Below, in pieces: positions 37,653 to 48,101 of a stretch of DNA of 64,000 bases (the stretch's first letter is position 1; each line of letters starts with the position of its first letter). The stretch covers positions 3,744,001-3,808,000 of the forward strand of contig OZ220089.1 of NCBI GenBank assembly GCA_964291625.2, read 5' to 3'. The translations under genes were made by a program, and so were the position numbers. Source of the DNA: Candidatus Latescibacterota bacterium. Lineage in GTDB: Bacteria > Latescibacterota > UBA2968 > UBA8231. A model generated the notes under the pieces. It searched no databases, had not been told where the DNA came from, and was given only the letters and a program-made list of their open reading frames with translations.

Positions 37653-37864
37653 AAAGTCCGCACAGAAAGTCCCAACACCCGGCCCGCTCCGTCCGTCGTC
37701 ATGCAGGAGAGCCGGGGCCCGGATGGGGGGTCGCCGCGGCCCCGGCCGCACTCTTGCCATCGTTTGCAGGCCATCGCCCCGGGCCGCCTTGACACTGTTT
37801 CAGGGCTCCGGGCAGCTTCGATTCGTCCCGGCCAACAACCGTATCCTCAACCCGAAGGACGGCG

Positions 37865-40384
37865 ATGCACCGACTCATCGCGGTGCTGGCCGCCGCGCTC
37901 CTCTTCGCAGGGGCCGTGGGCGCCGGCGCCGACGAACAGCACTCTCACACGGACACCAGCGATGCCCGCATGGAGGGCTGGATGGCCCATCCCCAGCGCA
38001 CGGCCCGCGCCCTGCGGGCGGAGACGCCGCCGCGCCTCGACGGGGTCCTCGACGAGGAGGTCTGGCTGCGCGCCCCGGTTCACGAGGGGTTCACCCAGAG
38101 CGACCCGGACCAGGGCGAGCCGGCATCGCTGCGCACGACCTTCCAGGTGGCCTACGACGACGACGCCCTCTACATCGGCGGCATCTGCTACGACGATCCA
38201 GACAGCGTCACCGCCCGGCTGGCGCGGCGGGACGAGTGGCGCGAGCGCGACTTCTTCGAGGTCAGCCTCGACCCCCACCACGACCACCAGACGGGGGTCT
38301 GGTTCACCGTCGGGCCCTCGGGCTGGCTCGGGGACGGGATCCTCTACAACGACGAGGACTACGACGACGGCTGGGACAGCGTCGCCGAGGTGGCCACGGC
38401 GAGGCGCGCCGACGGCTGGAGCCTGGAGCTGAAGATCCCCTACCACGTCCTGCGCTTCGGCGAGCAGGAGACCTACACCTGGGGGATCAACGTCTTCCGC
38501 AAGGTCTCCCGCCGCGCCGAGTGGACGGCGTGGAGCTTCACGCCCCGGGGGGTCACCGGCTACGCCTCGCGCTTCGGACACCTGGAGGGGATCGAGGGCA
38601 TCCGGCCGCACCGCAGCCTCGAGGTCCTGCCTTTCGCCCTCGGCCGCGGCACCCTGTCGCAGGGAGCCGCCGGCGATAACGACCTGTTCTCCTCGGCCGG
38701 CGTCGACCTGCGCTACGGCCTGTCGTCCAACATCTCCCTCAACGCCACCGTCAACCCGGACTTCGGCCAGGTCGAGGGCGACCCGGCGGTGCTCAACCTG
38801 GGGGTATTCGAGACCTTCCTCCGCGAGCGCCGGCCCTTCTTTCTGGAGGGCATCCAGATCTTCGAGTCGCCCGGGCCGTTCATCGTCAGCATCAACAAGC
38901 CCTCCACCCTGTTCCACTCGCGGCGCATCGGCCGGGCGCCCTCCCGCTTCGACCTGCCCGACGACAGCGACGAGGTCGAGCGGCCGGAAAACACCACGAT
39001 CCTCGGCGCCGCCAAGATCTCGGGAAAGACCGCCGGGCGCACCGCCTTCGGCCTGCTCAACGCCGTCACCGGCCGCGAGCGGGCCCTCGTCGAACAGCGC
39101 CTCACCGTCGCCGAGACGGGCCTGGTCGACACGGTGCGCCGCCGCGTCGAGGTCGAGCCCCTCACCAACTACTTCATCGGCCGAGTGCAGCAGGATCTGC
39201 TCACCAGCTCCACCGCCGGGGCCCAGCTCACCGCGGTCAACGGCGCCGGCTTCGAGCCCGCCTACGTCGGGGCCGGGGACGTGCACCTCAGGTGGGGGGA
39301 CAACGCCTACCGGCTCTACAGCCGCTTCGCCGCCAGCCTCGCCGGGCAGGAGGAGGAGCGGGGCAGCGGCTGGGAGGGGGCCCTCTACTTCCAGAAGTCG
39401 GGGGGCGCCTTCGGCGGTCAGGCCTACATGGACGCCAACTCGCCCGGCTTCGAGGCCAACGACCTGGGCTACATGCGGCGCAACGACCGCATTCAGGCCG
39501 GCGTCCACGTCTACCACGACAGGCTCGACCCCTGGTGGCTGGCCCGCCGCTCCGGGTTCAACCTCAATGCCTGGACCCACTGGAACTTCGACGGCGAGCG
39601 CATCTGGCGGGGCGTCAACTTCAACACCTGGAACAACCTCCACAACTACTGGGGGTTCTGGATGGGCGTCAGCCGCAACCTCGCCGCCGTCGACGACCTG
39701 GTCACCCGCGGCGGCCCCCCGATGGTCTCACCGGCCAGCACCTGGATCGGCATGAACGTGTGGGCCGACGACCGCAAGCCGGTGAGCGGCCGGCTCTGGT
39801 CGAACCTCAGGTGGGGCCGGGGCGGCGACAACCTGGGCACGTGGGTGGGGTTCAACCTCGAGTTGCGCCCCATGTCGCGGCTGTCCCTGGAGGTCGGGCC
39901 GGGCTACGGCTACGACCGCAACTTCGCCCAGTGGGTGGAGAGCAGCGACGACGACGGCGACGGCGAGGACGACCGCTTCGTCTTCGGCGAGCTGGAGAGC
40001 CGCGTCCTCGAGGTCGGCCTGCGCGGCGACTGGGCCTTCACGCCGGCCCTGAGCCTGCAGCTCTACCTGCAGCCCTTCGTGACCACCGGCGACTACGGCG
40101 CCATCAAGGAGCTGGCGAGGCCGCGCTCGTACGAGTTTCTCCCCTACGACGGCCTCGAGGAGAACCCCGACTTCCACCGCCGCGCCCTGCGATCCAACCT
40201 GGTCCTGCGCTGGGAGTACCGGCCCGGCAGCACCCTCTTCGCCGTCTGGCAGCAGAGCCGGGACCGCGACTTCGACGGGGTCCGCGACCCCCGGTTCCGG
40301 CCCGCCGGCGACCTGACCCGCGCCTTCGCCGACGACGGCGACAGCATCTTCCTGATCAAGCTCAACCGCTGGTTCGGGCTGTAG
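37865..40384 (+). CDS. CBM9-like/DUF5916 outer-membrane protein
   Basis: Signal peptide, PRLDGVLDEEVW, GWSLELKIPY..LRF, NATVNPDFGQVE.D, ERRPFFLEG, LRWEYRPGS.LF.VW. Confidence 0.85.
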   Translation: MHRLIAVLAAALLFAGAVGAGADEQHSHTDTSDARMEGWMAHPQRTARALRAETPPRLDGVLDEEVWLRAPVHEGFTQSDPDQGEPASLRTTFQVAYDDDALYIGGICYDDPDSVTARLARRDEWRERDFFEVSLDPHHDHQTGVWFTVGPSGWLGDGILYNDEDYDDGWDSVAEVATARRADGWSLELKIPYHVLRFGEQETYTWGINVFRKVSRRAEWTAWSFTPRGVTGYASRFGHLEGIEGIRPHRSLEVLPFALGRGTLSQGAAGDNDLFSSAGVDLRYGLSSNISLNATVNPDFGQVEGDPAVLNLGVFETFLRERRPFFLEGIQIFESPGPFIVSINKPSTLFHSRRIGRAPSRFDLPDDSDEVERPENTTILGAAKISGKTAGRTAFGLLNAVTGRERALVEQRLTVAETGLVDTVRRRVEVEPLTNYFIGRVQQDLLTSSTAGAQLTAVNGAGFEPAYVGAGDVHLRWGDNAYRLYSRFAASLAGQEEERGSGWEGALYFQKSGGAFGGQAYMDANSPGFEANDLGYMRRNDRIQAGVHVYHDRLDPWWLARRSGFNLNAWTHWNFDGERIWRGVNFNTWNNLHNYWGFWMGVSRNLAAVDDLVTRGGPPMVSPASTWIGMNVWADDRKPVSGRLWSNLRWGRGGDNLGTWVGFNLELRPMSRLSLEVGPGYGYDRNFAQWVESSDDDGDGEDDRFVFGELESRVLEVGLRGDWAFTPALSLQLYLQPFVTTGDYGAIKELARPRSYEFLPYDGLEENPDFHRRALRSNLVLRWEYRPGSTLFAVWQQSRDRDFDGVRDPRFRPAGDLTRAFADDGDSIFLIKLNRWFGL

Positions 40385-40400
40385 GCGGCTGACGAGAGCC

Positions 40401-40426
40401 GACTTAGCCATATCCTTGGCTAAGTC
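40401..40426. promoter_or_regulatory. Perfect inverted repeat, probable TA autoregulatory operator
   Basis: GACTTAGCCA-N6-TGGCTAAGTC, 20 nt before the antitoxin start; no T tail. Confidence 0.6.
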
Positions 40427-40446
40427 ATGGCGAAAGGAGTCCAAGG

Positions 40447-40680
40447 ATGTCGGCCGTCAACGTCCATGAAGCCAAGACCCAGCTCTCCCGCCTCCTGGCC
40501 CGGGCCGAGGCGGGCGAAGAGGTCGTGATCGCCCGCAACGGAGTACCGGTCGCTCGGCTCGTTCCCTGCGAGAGTCTTCCGGGAGTGCGGCGGTTCGGCG
40601 CGATGAAGGGCAAGTTCGTCGTCGACGACGGTTTCTTCGACCCCCTCCCGGAAGCGGAGCTGGCCGCCTGGGGATCCTGA
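40447..40680 (+). CDS. Phd/YefM-family antitoxin
   Basis: VNVHEAKTQLSRLLARAEAGEEVVIARNGVPVARLVP. Confidence 0.92.
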   Translation: MSAVNVHEAKTQLSRLLARAEAGEEVVIARNGVPVARLVPCESLPGVRRFGAMKGKFVVDDGFFDPLPEAELAAWGS

Positions 40681-40686
40681 GTCCCC

Positions 40687-41071
40687 GTGCGCGTTCTGCT
40701 CGACACCCATGCCTTCCTTTGGTGGCTGGCCGGCAGCGACAGCCTGTCCGGGGCCGCGCGCCGCGATCGGCGATCCGGAGAAGGACATCCTCGTGAGCGC
40801 CGCCTCCGCCTGGGAGATCGCCGTGAAGCATCGCCTGGGCAAGCTCCCCGGCGCCGAGGATGTGGCGCTCGACGTGGCCGGCTGCATCGCGGGCCAGGGG
40901 TTCCTGGAGCTGCCGATCACCGTACGAAACGGCGGGCGCGCCGGCCGCCTGCCGGGACCGCATCGCGACCCCTTCGACCGCATGCTGATCGCCCAGGCCC
41001 TCGCCCTCGACCTCCCCCTCGTGTCGCTGGAGACGCTCTTCGACCGGTATGGCGTGACCCGCATCTGGTAA
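40687..41071 (+). pseudogene. vapC: VapC/PIN toxin, frameshifted near 40760 (real or assembly error)
   Basis: MRVLLDTHAFLWW in one frame; VSAASAWEI...HRDPFDRMLIAQA in the next frame. Confidence 0.85.
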
Positions 41072-41155
41072 GCCGACCGCGAGCAGGGTCGAATGGCGGA
41101 GGCTTCCGGGCTTCCTGCGCGAGCGACAGCCCGGAAGCTGAGCGATGCGTCGGCG

Positions 41156-42664
41156 TCAGTCCTCGAACCAGACGGGGCTGCTCCAGGCCATCTGGCCGTT
41201 GTCCTGGGTGACCCGCAGGTAGCAGCAGGACGGACCCTCGCCCGGGTCGATGAAGTAGCCATCCAAGGCGTAGAGCGCCGGGGGCAGGGCCCGGTGGGCG
41301 ACGATCCAGGTGGGCAGCCCGTCCACCCGCCAGCCGCGGCGGCCCCGCAGCAGCTCGCCGATGGTGAAGCTCGCTTCGGACCGGCCGAGCTTGCCGGTGA
41401 GGGTGAAGTCGGTGGCCGTGGCCAGCAGGCTCTTGCCGGTGCGGCAGTCGAAGTCGAGCCGGACCCGCGTCTCCTCCGTCCCCTCCACCTCCACGCAGAG
41501 AGCGTCGTTGGTCCGCGGCGCCGTGGAGCCGTTGCGGGTGGTGAAGACCGAGCCCCGCGAGGTGTGGGACTGCCAGGCGCAGCCCGCCTCGTCCCGCTCG
41601 AGGACGGCCTTGCGGCGGACCTCGTCGAAGGGGTCGGAGCTGAAGCAGGGCACGACCCGCGACAGCCGTCCGCCCTCGACCCGCAGCCGCCCCTGCCAGT
41701 CGTAGACCTGGTACCCCTTCATCGGCCCCCAGCCCCACTCGAAGCGCAGCCGCCAGGCCCGCGGCTGCGCCGTCCGGGGCGCGCCGTAGTCCGCCGTCTC
41801 CAGGTGGACGGGGATGTTGTCGCGCACCACCTCCACGCTCCGGAGGATGTCCCAGCCCTCGACCCGGTAGTCGAGGCGGCGCTCGGCGGAACCGCTAACG
41901 ACCTCGCCCATCCAGGCGTCGCCGGCGCGCAGGACCACCTCGATCCGGTCGCCGGTGACCGCCGTGGTCCGCCGCTTGCGCAGGGCCTCGAAGAGGGCGG
42001 CGCGGGTGTTCTCCTGCGCCCAGATCCCGGTCAGCCCCAGGCCGTAGCCCCCGGGATGGCCGTCGTGGTTGTCGGTGCCGGCGGTGAAGCCGAAGCGCCG
42101 GCCCAGGGCCAGTCCGTGCTGCACGGTGAACTCGTGGCCGGCGGGGCCGCCGCTGTGCCCCAGCATGGGATGGAGGCCGCCGTCGCGCTCGGAGGAGCCG
42201 TGCTCGGAGAAGATCTCCACCACCGGCGACAGGGATTCGTCGAAGCCCTCCCAGTCGACGCCGCGCTCGTAGGCGGTGTGGTGGGGCACCAGGATGGCCG
42301 GGCGGGTCCGGAAGTGGTCCTGCAGGTCGGCCAGGCTCCGAGCGCAGTACATGGACTCCATGTCGCCGGCACTGATCACGTGGAGGTGGCCCCAGGCCGA
42401 GGAGTGCCACTCGTAGGCGGGGAAGCAGGTGAACTCGCCCGGGCGGTCGTTGTCGCGGGCGGCCCGGCGGATGCGCTCCCAGTTGGCGACGACCACCGGG
42501 TAGCCGTTCGGGACTCCGCCGTCGGCGTGCAGCCCGTGGGGGGTGAAGGCGTAGAAGTCGAGGTGGGAACGGGCGATCTCGTAGCTGCGCTCGAGAGTGC
42601 CCTGGGCGTAGCCCAGCTCGTTGTGATTGTGCAGCTCACCCCAGTAGAGGTTCAGATCGGGCAT
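41156..42664 (-). CDS. DUF3604/PHP-like metallohydrolase
   Basis: YWGELHNH, AYEWH, VEIFSEHG, GFTAGTDNHDGHPG, YLRVTQDNGQMAWSSPVW. Confidence 0.8.
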   Translation of the reverse strand: MPDLNLYWGELHNHNELGYAQGTLERSYEIARSHLDFYAFTPHGLHADGGVPNGYPVVVANWERIRRAARDNDRPGEFTCFPAYEWHSSAWGHLHVISAGDMESMYCARSLADLQDHFRTRPAILVPHHTAYERGVDWEGFDESLSPVVEIFSEHGSSERDGGLHPMLGHSGGPAGHEFTVQHGLALGRRFGFTAGTDNHDGHPGGYGLGLTGIWAQENTRAALFEALRKRRTTAVTGDRIEVVLRAGDAWMGEVVSGSAERRLDYRVEGWDILRSVEVVRDNIPVHLETADYGAPRTAQPRAWRLRFEWGWGPMKGYQVYDWQGRLRVEGGRLSRVVPCFSSDPFDEVRRKAVLERDEAGCAWQSHTSRGSVFTTRNGSTAPRTNDALCVEVEGTEETRVRLDFDCRTGKSLLATATDFTLTGKLGRSEASFTIGELLRGRRGWRVDGLPTWIVAHRALPPALYALDGYFIDPGEGPSCCYLRVTQDNGQMAWSSPVWFED

Positions 42665-42731
42665 CTCCTTCTCCTCTTGCGGTTCCGTGCCCTCGGGGCG
42701 ACGTTCTGCGCCCCTCGACGTGGTGAATACA

Positions 42732-45677
42732 ATGGTCTTTCTCGCTGGCTGCCTGTTCTTCCTCTCCGGCGCCGCCGCCCTCGCGTACGAGGTCGTGTGG
42801 GTGAAGCTCCTCACCCTCCAGTTCGGCAGCGCCGCGTGGTCGATCTCGACGGTGGTGGCCAGCTTCATGGCGGGCCTGGGGGCCGGAGGCGCCTGGGCCG
42901 GCCGCCGCGCCGACCGCGTCCGCAGGCCCCTGCGGGCCTACGCCCTCCTGGAGCTGGGCATCGCCGTCTACGGCGTCGTCTCGGTGCCCCTCCTGCGCAA
43001 CATGGCGGGCATCCTCGATCCGCTCTACGGCCTCACCGACGGCTACTTCGCCCTCTACCTGCTGCTGCAGTTCCTCCTCTCCTTCGCCATGATGGCGGTG
43101 CCGACCTTCCTCATGGGCGCCTCCCTGCCCCTGCTCATCGTGGCGGTCACGGAGGAGGCGGCCTTCCGCCGCAGCGTGGCCCTCCTCTACGGAATCAACA
43201 CCGTCGGGGCCGCGGTCGGCACCCTCGTGGCGGGGATGATCCTGATGCCCGTCCTCGGGATCTCCGACACGGTCTGGGTCGCCGTCGCCGCCGGCGTCCT
43301 GGTGGCGGCCGGGGGCTACCTCCTCGATCTGCGCATGGGCCCCCGGGAGGCCGCCGGGGAGGGTCCCGGGCCGGTGGCCGGGGCGGCCGGGACCCCGCGC
43401 ATGCTGCTGGCCGCGGTGGCCATGGCCGGATGCCTGGGGCTGTTCTACCAGATCGCCTGGACGCGCCTGCTCATCCCGGTGGTGGGATCGTCGGTCTACG
43501 CCTTCACCATCATCCTCACGACGGTCCTCCTCGGCATCGGCGTCGGTTCCCTGCTGGCCGCCGTCCCCTCCTTCCGGGAGAGCTCCTGCTGGCGGGCGGT
43601 GGCCGTCACCGTGGGGGTGGGCTCGTGCTCGGCCCTGGCGGGGCTCTTCGCCGTGAACGAGCTGCCGGCGATGTTCACGGCCATGGCCCGGGGAACGGTC
43701 GACCGCACCTGGCTCCTCTTCCTCTCCCAGGGCGCCCTGGCGGCCTCCATCGTCCTCGTCCCCGCCTGCGCCATGGGGGCCGCCCTGCCCCTGGGCATCG
43801 CCGCCTGGCGGAACGAGGTCGGATCGAGAGGCTGGGCGGTGGGAGGCATGTACGCCGCCAACACCATCGGAGCGATCGCCGGCTCGGTGCTGGCGGGCTT
43901 CGTGCTGCTGCCGTGGCTCGGTGCGACGGAGGTGATCCGCCTCGGGGCCGTCCTCGGCATGGTGGTCACCGTCGTCCTCTTCCTGCTGGACCGCGCCGGC
44001 TCGCAACGGCAGCGGCTCGGCTGGGCGGGCGTCTTCGCCGCCATGGTCGCCGCCTTCGCCTTCACCCTGCCCCGGACCGACATCGTGAACCTCCAGCGCG
44101 GCGTCTTCCGCAGGCTCCAGGCGGACGAGGAGCGCGCGCCGACAGGGAGCTTCCTGCTCTACGCGCGGGAGGGGACCAACGCCACGGTCACCGTCTTCCG
44201 CTCGCGCAACTCCACGGTGCTCAAGGTCAACGGCAAGGCCGACGCCTCGACCGGTGAGGACATGGACTCCCAGTACCTGCTCGGGCATCTGCCCATGTTC
44301 CTCCATCCGCGGCCCGAGGAGGTCTGCATCATCGGCTACGGCAGCGGCGCCACGGTCTACGCCACGGCCGTGCACCCGCACGTGACGGGTGTCGACGTGG
44401 TCGAGATTGAGCAGGCGGTGCTCGATGCCTCCGGGTACTTCGACTCGGTCAACCACGACATCCTCGAAGACGACCGGGTGAGACTCTACACGGAGGACGG
44501 GCGCAACTTCCTCCGCCACCAACGGAAGACGTACGACGTCATCCTCTCCCAGCCTTCCAACCCCTGGATCGCGGGGATCAGCTCCCTCTTCACGACCGAG
44601 TACTACCGGGCCGCCTCGGAGCGCCTCGAGCCGGGCGGCTTCTTCTGCCAGTGGATGCAGGCCTACGAGACCTCCGCCGAGACGGTGGGCGTCGTGCTCC
44701 ACACCCTGGCGGCGGAGTTCCCCTACGTGGCGGTCTTCAAGGTGAACGACGACCTCATCTGCGTCGCCTCCCACTCGCCCATCGAAGGCTCGGTGCGGCG
44801 CTACGCGGAGCTCTTCTCCCTGCCCGAGGTGCGCAGCTCACTGCGGCGGATCCGCATCGAGACGCCCTTCGACCTCTTCGCCACCGCCTTCCTGCGGTTC
44901 CCGGAGAACGCGGAGGCCTTCCGTTCGCCGATCCGCAACACCGACGACAACCTCTGGCTGGAGTACCGGGCCCCCATCGAGATGTACCGGGGGACGCAGG
45001 AGAGCGTCGTGTCCACTACGGGCACCGACTACCTGCTCATGCTCCAGCACCTGTTCCCCGAGATGGATCTCCGGCAGATCCTCCTCGGAGTCGGCCGGAG
45101 CATCGCGACCCGGCACTCCGTCATCTGGTATGTCCTCCCGGCCTGGCGGGAGATGTTTGCGGAGGATGAGCCGTTGGTCTCGCGGCTCGGGGAGCTGGCC
45201 GCCGCGGCCGAGGGGAGAAAGCGCGCCCTCGACGGTATCGAGGAGCGGGAGAAGGCGGCCTTGCGCCTGATCAAGGAGAAGCGCTTCGACGAGGCGATCC
45301 CCATCTTCGAGGCCGTCCTCGCCGTCGAGCCCGGGAAGGTCTCCGCCCACCGCATGCTCGGCTGGGCCCTGTCGAACACCGGCGACAGAAAGAGGGCGTG
45401 GCGGCACTACGTAATCGCCGTCCAGCTCAATCCCGACGATTTCGAGGCGCTCACGAACATGGGGGCCATGGTCCTCTCCCGCGGTCTGGCGGAGGGGACG
45501 GAGATGCTCGACCGGGCGCTGAAGGCCAACCCCCACCACTTCACCGCCTGGCGGGTCTACGTCGAGTACCTGGTCGACCAGAAGCGCTACGAGAAGGCCC
45601 GGGAGATGCTGCGCCGGGCCGGGGAATCGATCGACGGGGACAAGCTCCAGGCCCTCCGGAGCAAGATCCCCGGCTGA
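42732..45677 (+). CDS. Fused MFS-like membrane domain / spermidine-synthase-like methyltransferase with C-terminal TPRs
   Basis: SGAAALAYEVVW, LYGINTVGA, IGYGSGAT, VEIE, EDGRNFL, YDVILSQPSNPW; TPR-like helices at the end. Confidence 0.88.
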   Translation: MVFLAGCLFFLSGAAALAYEVVWVKLLTLQFGSAAWSISTVVASFMAGLGAGGAWAGRRADRVRRPLRAYALLELGIAVYGVVSVPLLRNMAGILDPLYGLTDGYFALYLLLQFLLSFAMMAVPTFLMGASLPLLIVAVTEEAAFRRSVALLYGINTVGAAVGTLVAGMILMPVLGISDTVWVAVAAGVLVAAGGYLLDLRMGPREAAGEGPGPVAGAAGTPRMLLAAVAMAGCLGLFYQIAWTRLLIPVVGSSVYAFTIILTTVLLGIGVGSLLAAVPSFRESSCWRAVAVTVGVGSCSALAGLFAVNELPAMFTAMARGTVDRTWLLFLSQGALAASIVLVPACAMGAALPLGIAAWRNEVGSRGWAVGGMYAANTIGAIAGSVLAGFVLLPWLGATEVIRLGAVLGMVVTVVLFLLDRAGSQRQRLGWAGVFAAMVAAFAFTLPRTDIVNLQRGVFRRLQADEERAPTGSFLLYAREGTNATVTVFRSRNSTVLKVNGKADASTGEDMDSQYLLGHLPMFLHPRPEEVCIIGYGSGATVYATAVHPHVTGVDVVEIEQAVLDASGYFDSVNHDILEDDRVRLYTEDGRNFLRHQRKTYDVILSQPSNPWIAGISSLFTTEYYRAASERLEPGGFFCQWMQAYETSAETVGVVLHTLAAEFPYVAVFKVNDDLICVASHSPIEGSVRRYAELFSLPEVRSSLRRIRIETPFDLFATAFLRFPENAEAFRSPIRNTDDNLWLEYRAPIEMYRGTQESVVSTTGTDYLLMLQHLFPEMDLRQILLGVGRSIATRHSVIWYVLPAWREMFAEDEPLVSRLGELAAAAEGRKRALDGIEEREKAALRLIKEKRFDEAIPIFEAVLAVEPGKVSAHRMLGWALSNTGDRKRAWRHYVIAVQLNPDDFEALTNMGAMVLSRGLAEGTEMLDRALKANPHHFTAWRVYVEYLVDQKRYEKAREMLRRAGESIDGDKLQALRSKIPG

Positions 45678-45720
45678 GGCTCCCGCGCGCCCCTCGATCC
45701 GCGGGCGATCCGGCCGAAGC

Positions 45721-46890
45721 TCAGTTGTCCTCCACCGAGCCGTCCTCGTAGCGCAGCTCCGGGCGCAGCAGCGGCACGTAGGGGTGGGCCCGGGCCACCT
45801 CCTCGTTCAGCTCAAGCCCGAGGCCGGGGGTGTCGGGCAGGGTCACGAAGCCGTCCTTCACCTGGAACCGGTGCCCGTAGAACAGGTCGTCCCTCCAGTC
45901 GGTCTTCTCCCTGGAGGAGTCGGCCTCGTAGCCCGACATCTCCTGGATGACGCTGTTCGGGCAGTTCAGGCCCACGTGGATCTCGGCGGCGATGCCGACC
46001 CGGCTGTAGGTGATGTGGGGGGAGACCTGGATGTACTGGGCCTCGGCCATGGCGGCGATCTTCTTGAACTCCGAGATGCCGCCGCAGTGGACGATGTCGG
46101 GGTTGAGGTAGCTCACCAGGCGTCTGGCGATGATGTCCTGGAAGCCCCACTTGGTGAAGTTGCGCTCGCCCATGCACAGGGGCACGGTGGTGCGCTCGCT
46201 CAGCCACTGGAGGGCGTCGTTCGATCCCTCCACCTGGATCGGCTCCTCCACCCAGAAGGGGCGGTAGGGCTCGATCGCCTTGCAGTACTCCAGGGCCATG
46301 GTCGGCGTCAGGCGGCCGTGGGCGTCGATGAGGATGTCGAAGTCGTCGCCGCCCTCGATCCGCATCTCCTCCATCAGGGCGGCGGCCCGCTTCAGGTCCC
46401 AGGGCATGGGCACGGTGAGGGGGTCGTCGACCTTGGTCACGGGCGGCCCCGTCTTGATGGCGTTGCAGCCCATGCTGCGGGCGCGCTGCACCCCCTTGCT
46501 GCCGCTGCCGCCGGCGTAGATGCGGACCTTCTCCCGCGCCGCGCCCCCGAGGAGCTTGTAGATCGGCAGGCCCGCCACCTTCCCGAGGATGTCCCACAGG
46601 GCGATGTCGATGGCGCTCAGGGCGGTGCTGAAGAGGACCCCCACGTGCCACCGGTTCCAGCGGTAGAGCCCCTGCCACAGGTACTCGATGTCGGTGGGGT
46701 TCTTGCCGATGAGGTGGCCCTCGAAGTCCCGGATGCACTGGGCGATGGTCCCCGCCTTGTTGTCGCTGATCGAGCCTTCGCCCAGGCCGGTGATCCCCTC
46801 GTTGGTGTGGATCTTCACGAAGCAGCCGTTGCCCTCCACGAGGAAGGTCTCCAGGCCGGTGATCCTCAGGGCCGGGTAGTCCGCGCTCAT
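45721..46890 (-). CDS. Mandelate racemase family dehydratase (DgoD-like)
   Basis: SAIDIALWDILGK, IDAHGR, WVEEP, MGER, NPDIVHCGGISE. Confidence 0.9.
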   Translation of the reverse strand: MSADYPALRITGLETFLVEGNGCFVKIHTNEGITGLGEGSISDNKAGTIAQCIRDFEGHLIGKNPTDIEYLWQGLYRWNRWHVGVLFSTALSAIDIALWDILGKVAGLPIYKLLGGAAREKVRIYAGGSGSKGVQRARSMGCNAIKTGPPVTKVDDPLTVPMPWDLKRAAALMEEMRIEGGDDFDILIDAHGRLTPTMALEYCKAIEPYRPFWVEEPIQVEGSNDALQWLSERTTVPLCMGERNFTKWGFQDIIARRLVSYLNPDIVHCGGISEFKKIAAMAEAQYIQVSPHITYSRVGIAAEIHVGLNCPNSVIQEMSGYEADSSREKTDWRDDLFYGHRFQVKDGFVTLPDTPGLGLELNEEVARAHPYVPLLRPELRYEDGSVEDN

Positions 46891-47957
46891 CACACCTTCT
46901 CCTCCCGCCCGGACAGGGCGGAACGGTAGGCCGCGTCGAGGACCTCGACGCCGCGCATGGCCGCCTCCCCCGGGGCGTGGTTGATCTCCGTGCGGCCGGC
47001 GACCAGGTCGACGAAGTTGGCCGGCGGCCCCGAGCACTCGTAGGCCCCCGCGCCGGGATCGAGGTCGAGGGACTCGCCCGCGCCGTCCTGGCGCACCAGC
47101 TCCATGCGGGCCCGCTCGCAGTCGAGGAGCAGCATGCCCTCGTCGCCGAAGATCCGCAGGTCGACCTGGAAGCCGTGGCCCGCGGGCACGTTGCCGGCCC
47201 CCGAGAGGCTGCCCACGGCCCCGCCGTCGAAGCGCACGGTCATGGCGTCGTAGAGCTCGACCCGGGCGCCGGGCCCGGACATGACCGCGAAGACCGAGGC
47301 CGCCCGCAGGCCGGTGAGCCAGAACAGCAGACCGGACGAGTGGGAGATCTGGGCGTGGCCGTAGCCTCCCTCGGCGCGGGCGGGGTCGGCCCAGGTCGAC
47401 GGGTCCGGCCCGAAGAGGCCGGACTCGGAGCCGCCGCTCTCCTCGTCGAGGTCGGCCTCGTCCCCGGAGAGGAGGGGGCGGATCGGCGAGGCCATGTGGC
47501 AGAGGACGTACTCCACGGCGCCGACGCCGCCCCCTTCCATCAGCTCCCGGGCCCGCTGCACGAAGGGCTTGTAGTGCCATCCGTAGGGGACCAGGAGGTG
47601 GAGGCCCTTCTCCCCGGCGCGCTCGACCAGCTGGCGGGCGTGGGCGGCGCGGGTCGTCATCGGCTTCTCGCACATCACGTGCAGGCCGGCGTCGAGGGCG
47701 GCCAGGGCGTGCTCGTGGTGCAGGGGGTGGGGCGAGGCCACGACCACTCCGTCGAGCTCGCAGTTGGCCAGCAGGTCGCGGTAGTCCTCGGTAGCGTAGG
47801 CGAAGCCGAATCGCTCCTGCACCTGCCGCAACTCCCGGGCGCCGAGGCGGCAGACGCCGGCGAGGTCCACGTCGTCCCGGGCCGCCAGGATCGGCAGGTG
47901 GTTGCTGGTGGCCCACCAGCCGGCGCCGATGAAGCCGATTCTCACCTTCTGAGTCAT
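46890..47957 (-). CDS. Gfo/Idh/MocA oxidoreductase
   Basis: IGFIGAGWWA, HVMCEKPM. Confidence 0.92.
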   Translation of the reverse strand: MTQKVRIGFIGAGWWATSNHLPILAARDDVDLAGVCRLGARELRQVQERFGFAYATEDYRDLLANCELDGVVVASPHPLHHEHALAALDAGLHVMCEKPMTTRAAHARQLVERAGEKGLHLLVPYGWHYKPFVQRARELMEGGGVGAVEYVLCHMASPIRPLLSGDEADLDEESGGSESGLFGPDPSTWADPARAEGGYGHAQISHSSGLLFWLTGLRAASVFAVMSGPGARVELYDAMTVRFDGGAVGSLSGAGNVPAGHGFQVDLRIFGDEGMLLLDCERARMELVRQDGAGESLDLDPGAGAYECSGPPANFVDLVAGRTEINHAPGEAAMRGVEVLDAAYRSALSGREEKV

Positions 47958-48101
47958 GGGGTTCCTCCCGTTTCGGGCGACAATCTATCCCGGGCCGGGA
48001 GGCGGTCCAATGGGGAGCATCGGCGCTTGCCCCCGCCGGGCGGGGAGGACAGCTTTGCCCGCCCCTTGAGAGCCAGGTTCGTTCGACAAGGAGGTATCCC
48101 G

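Noticed and set aside
37458-37690. RNase P, tmRNA or SRP identity for the structured element
   Set aside because: GAAAGTCC occurs, but the GAGGAAAGTCC context, tRNA-like ends and the SRP GGAA loop motif are absent
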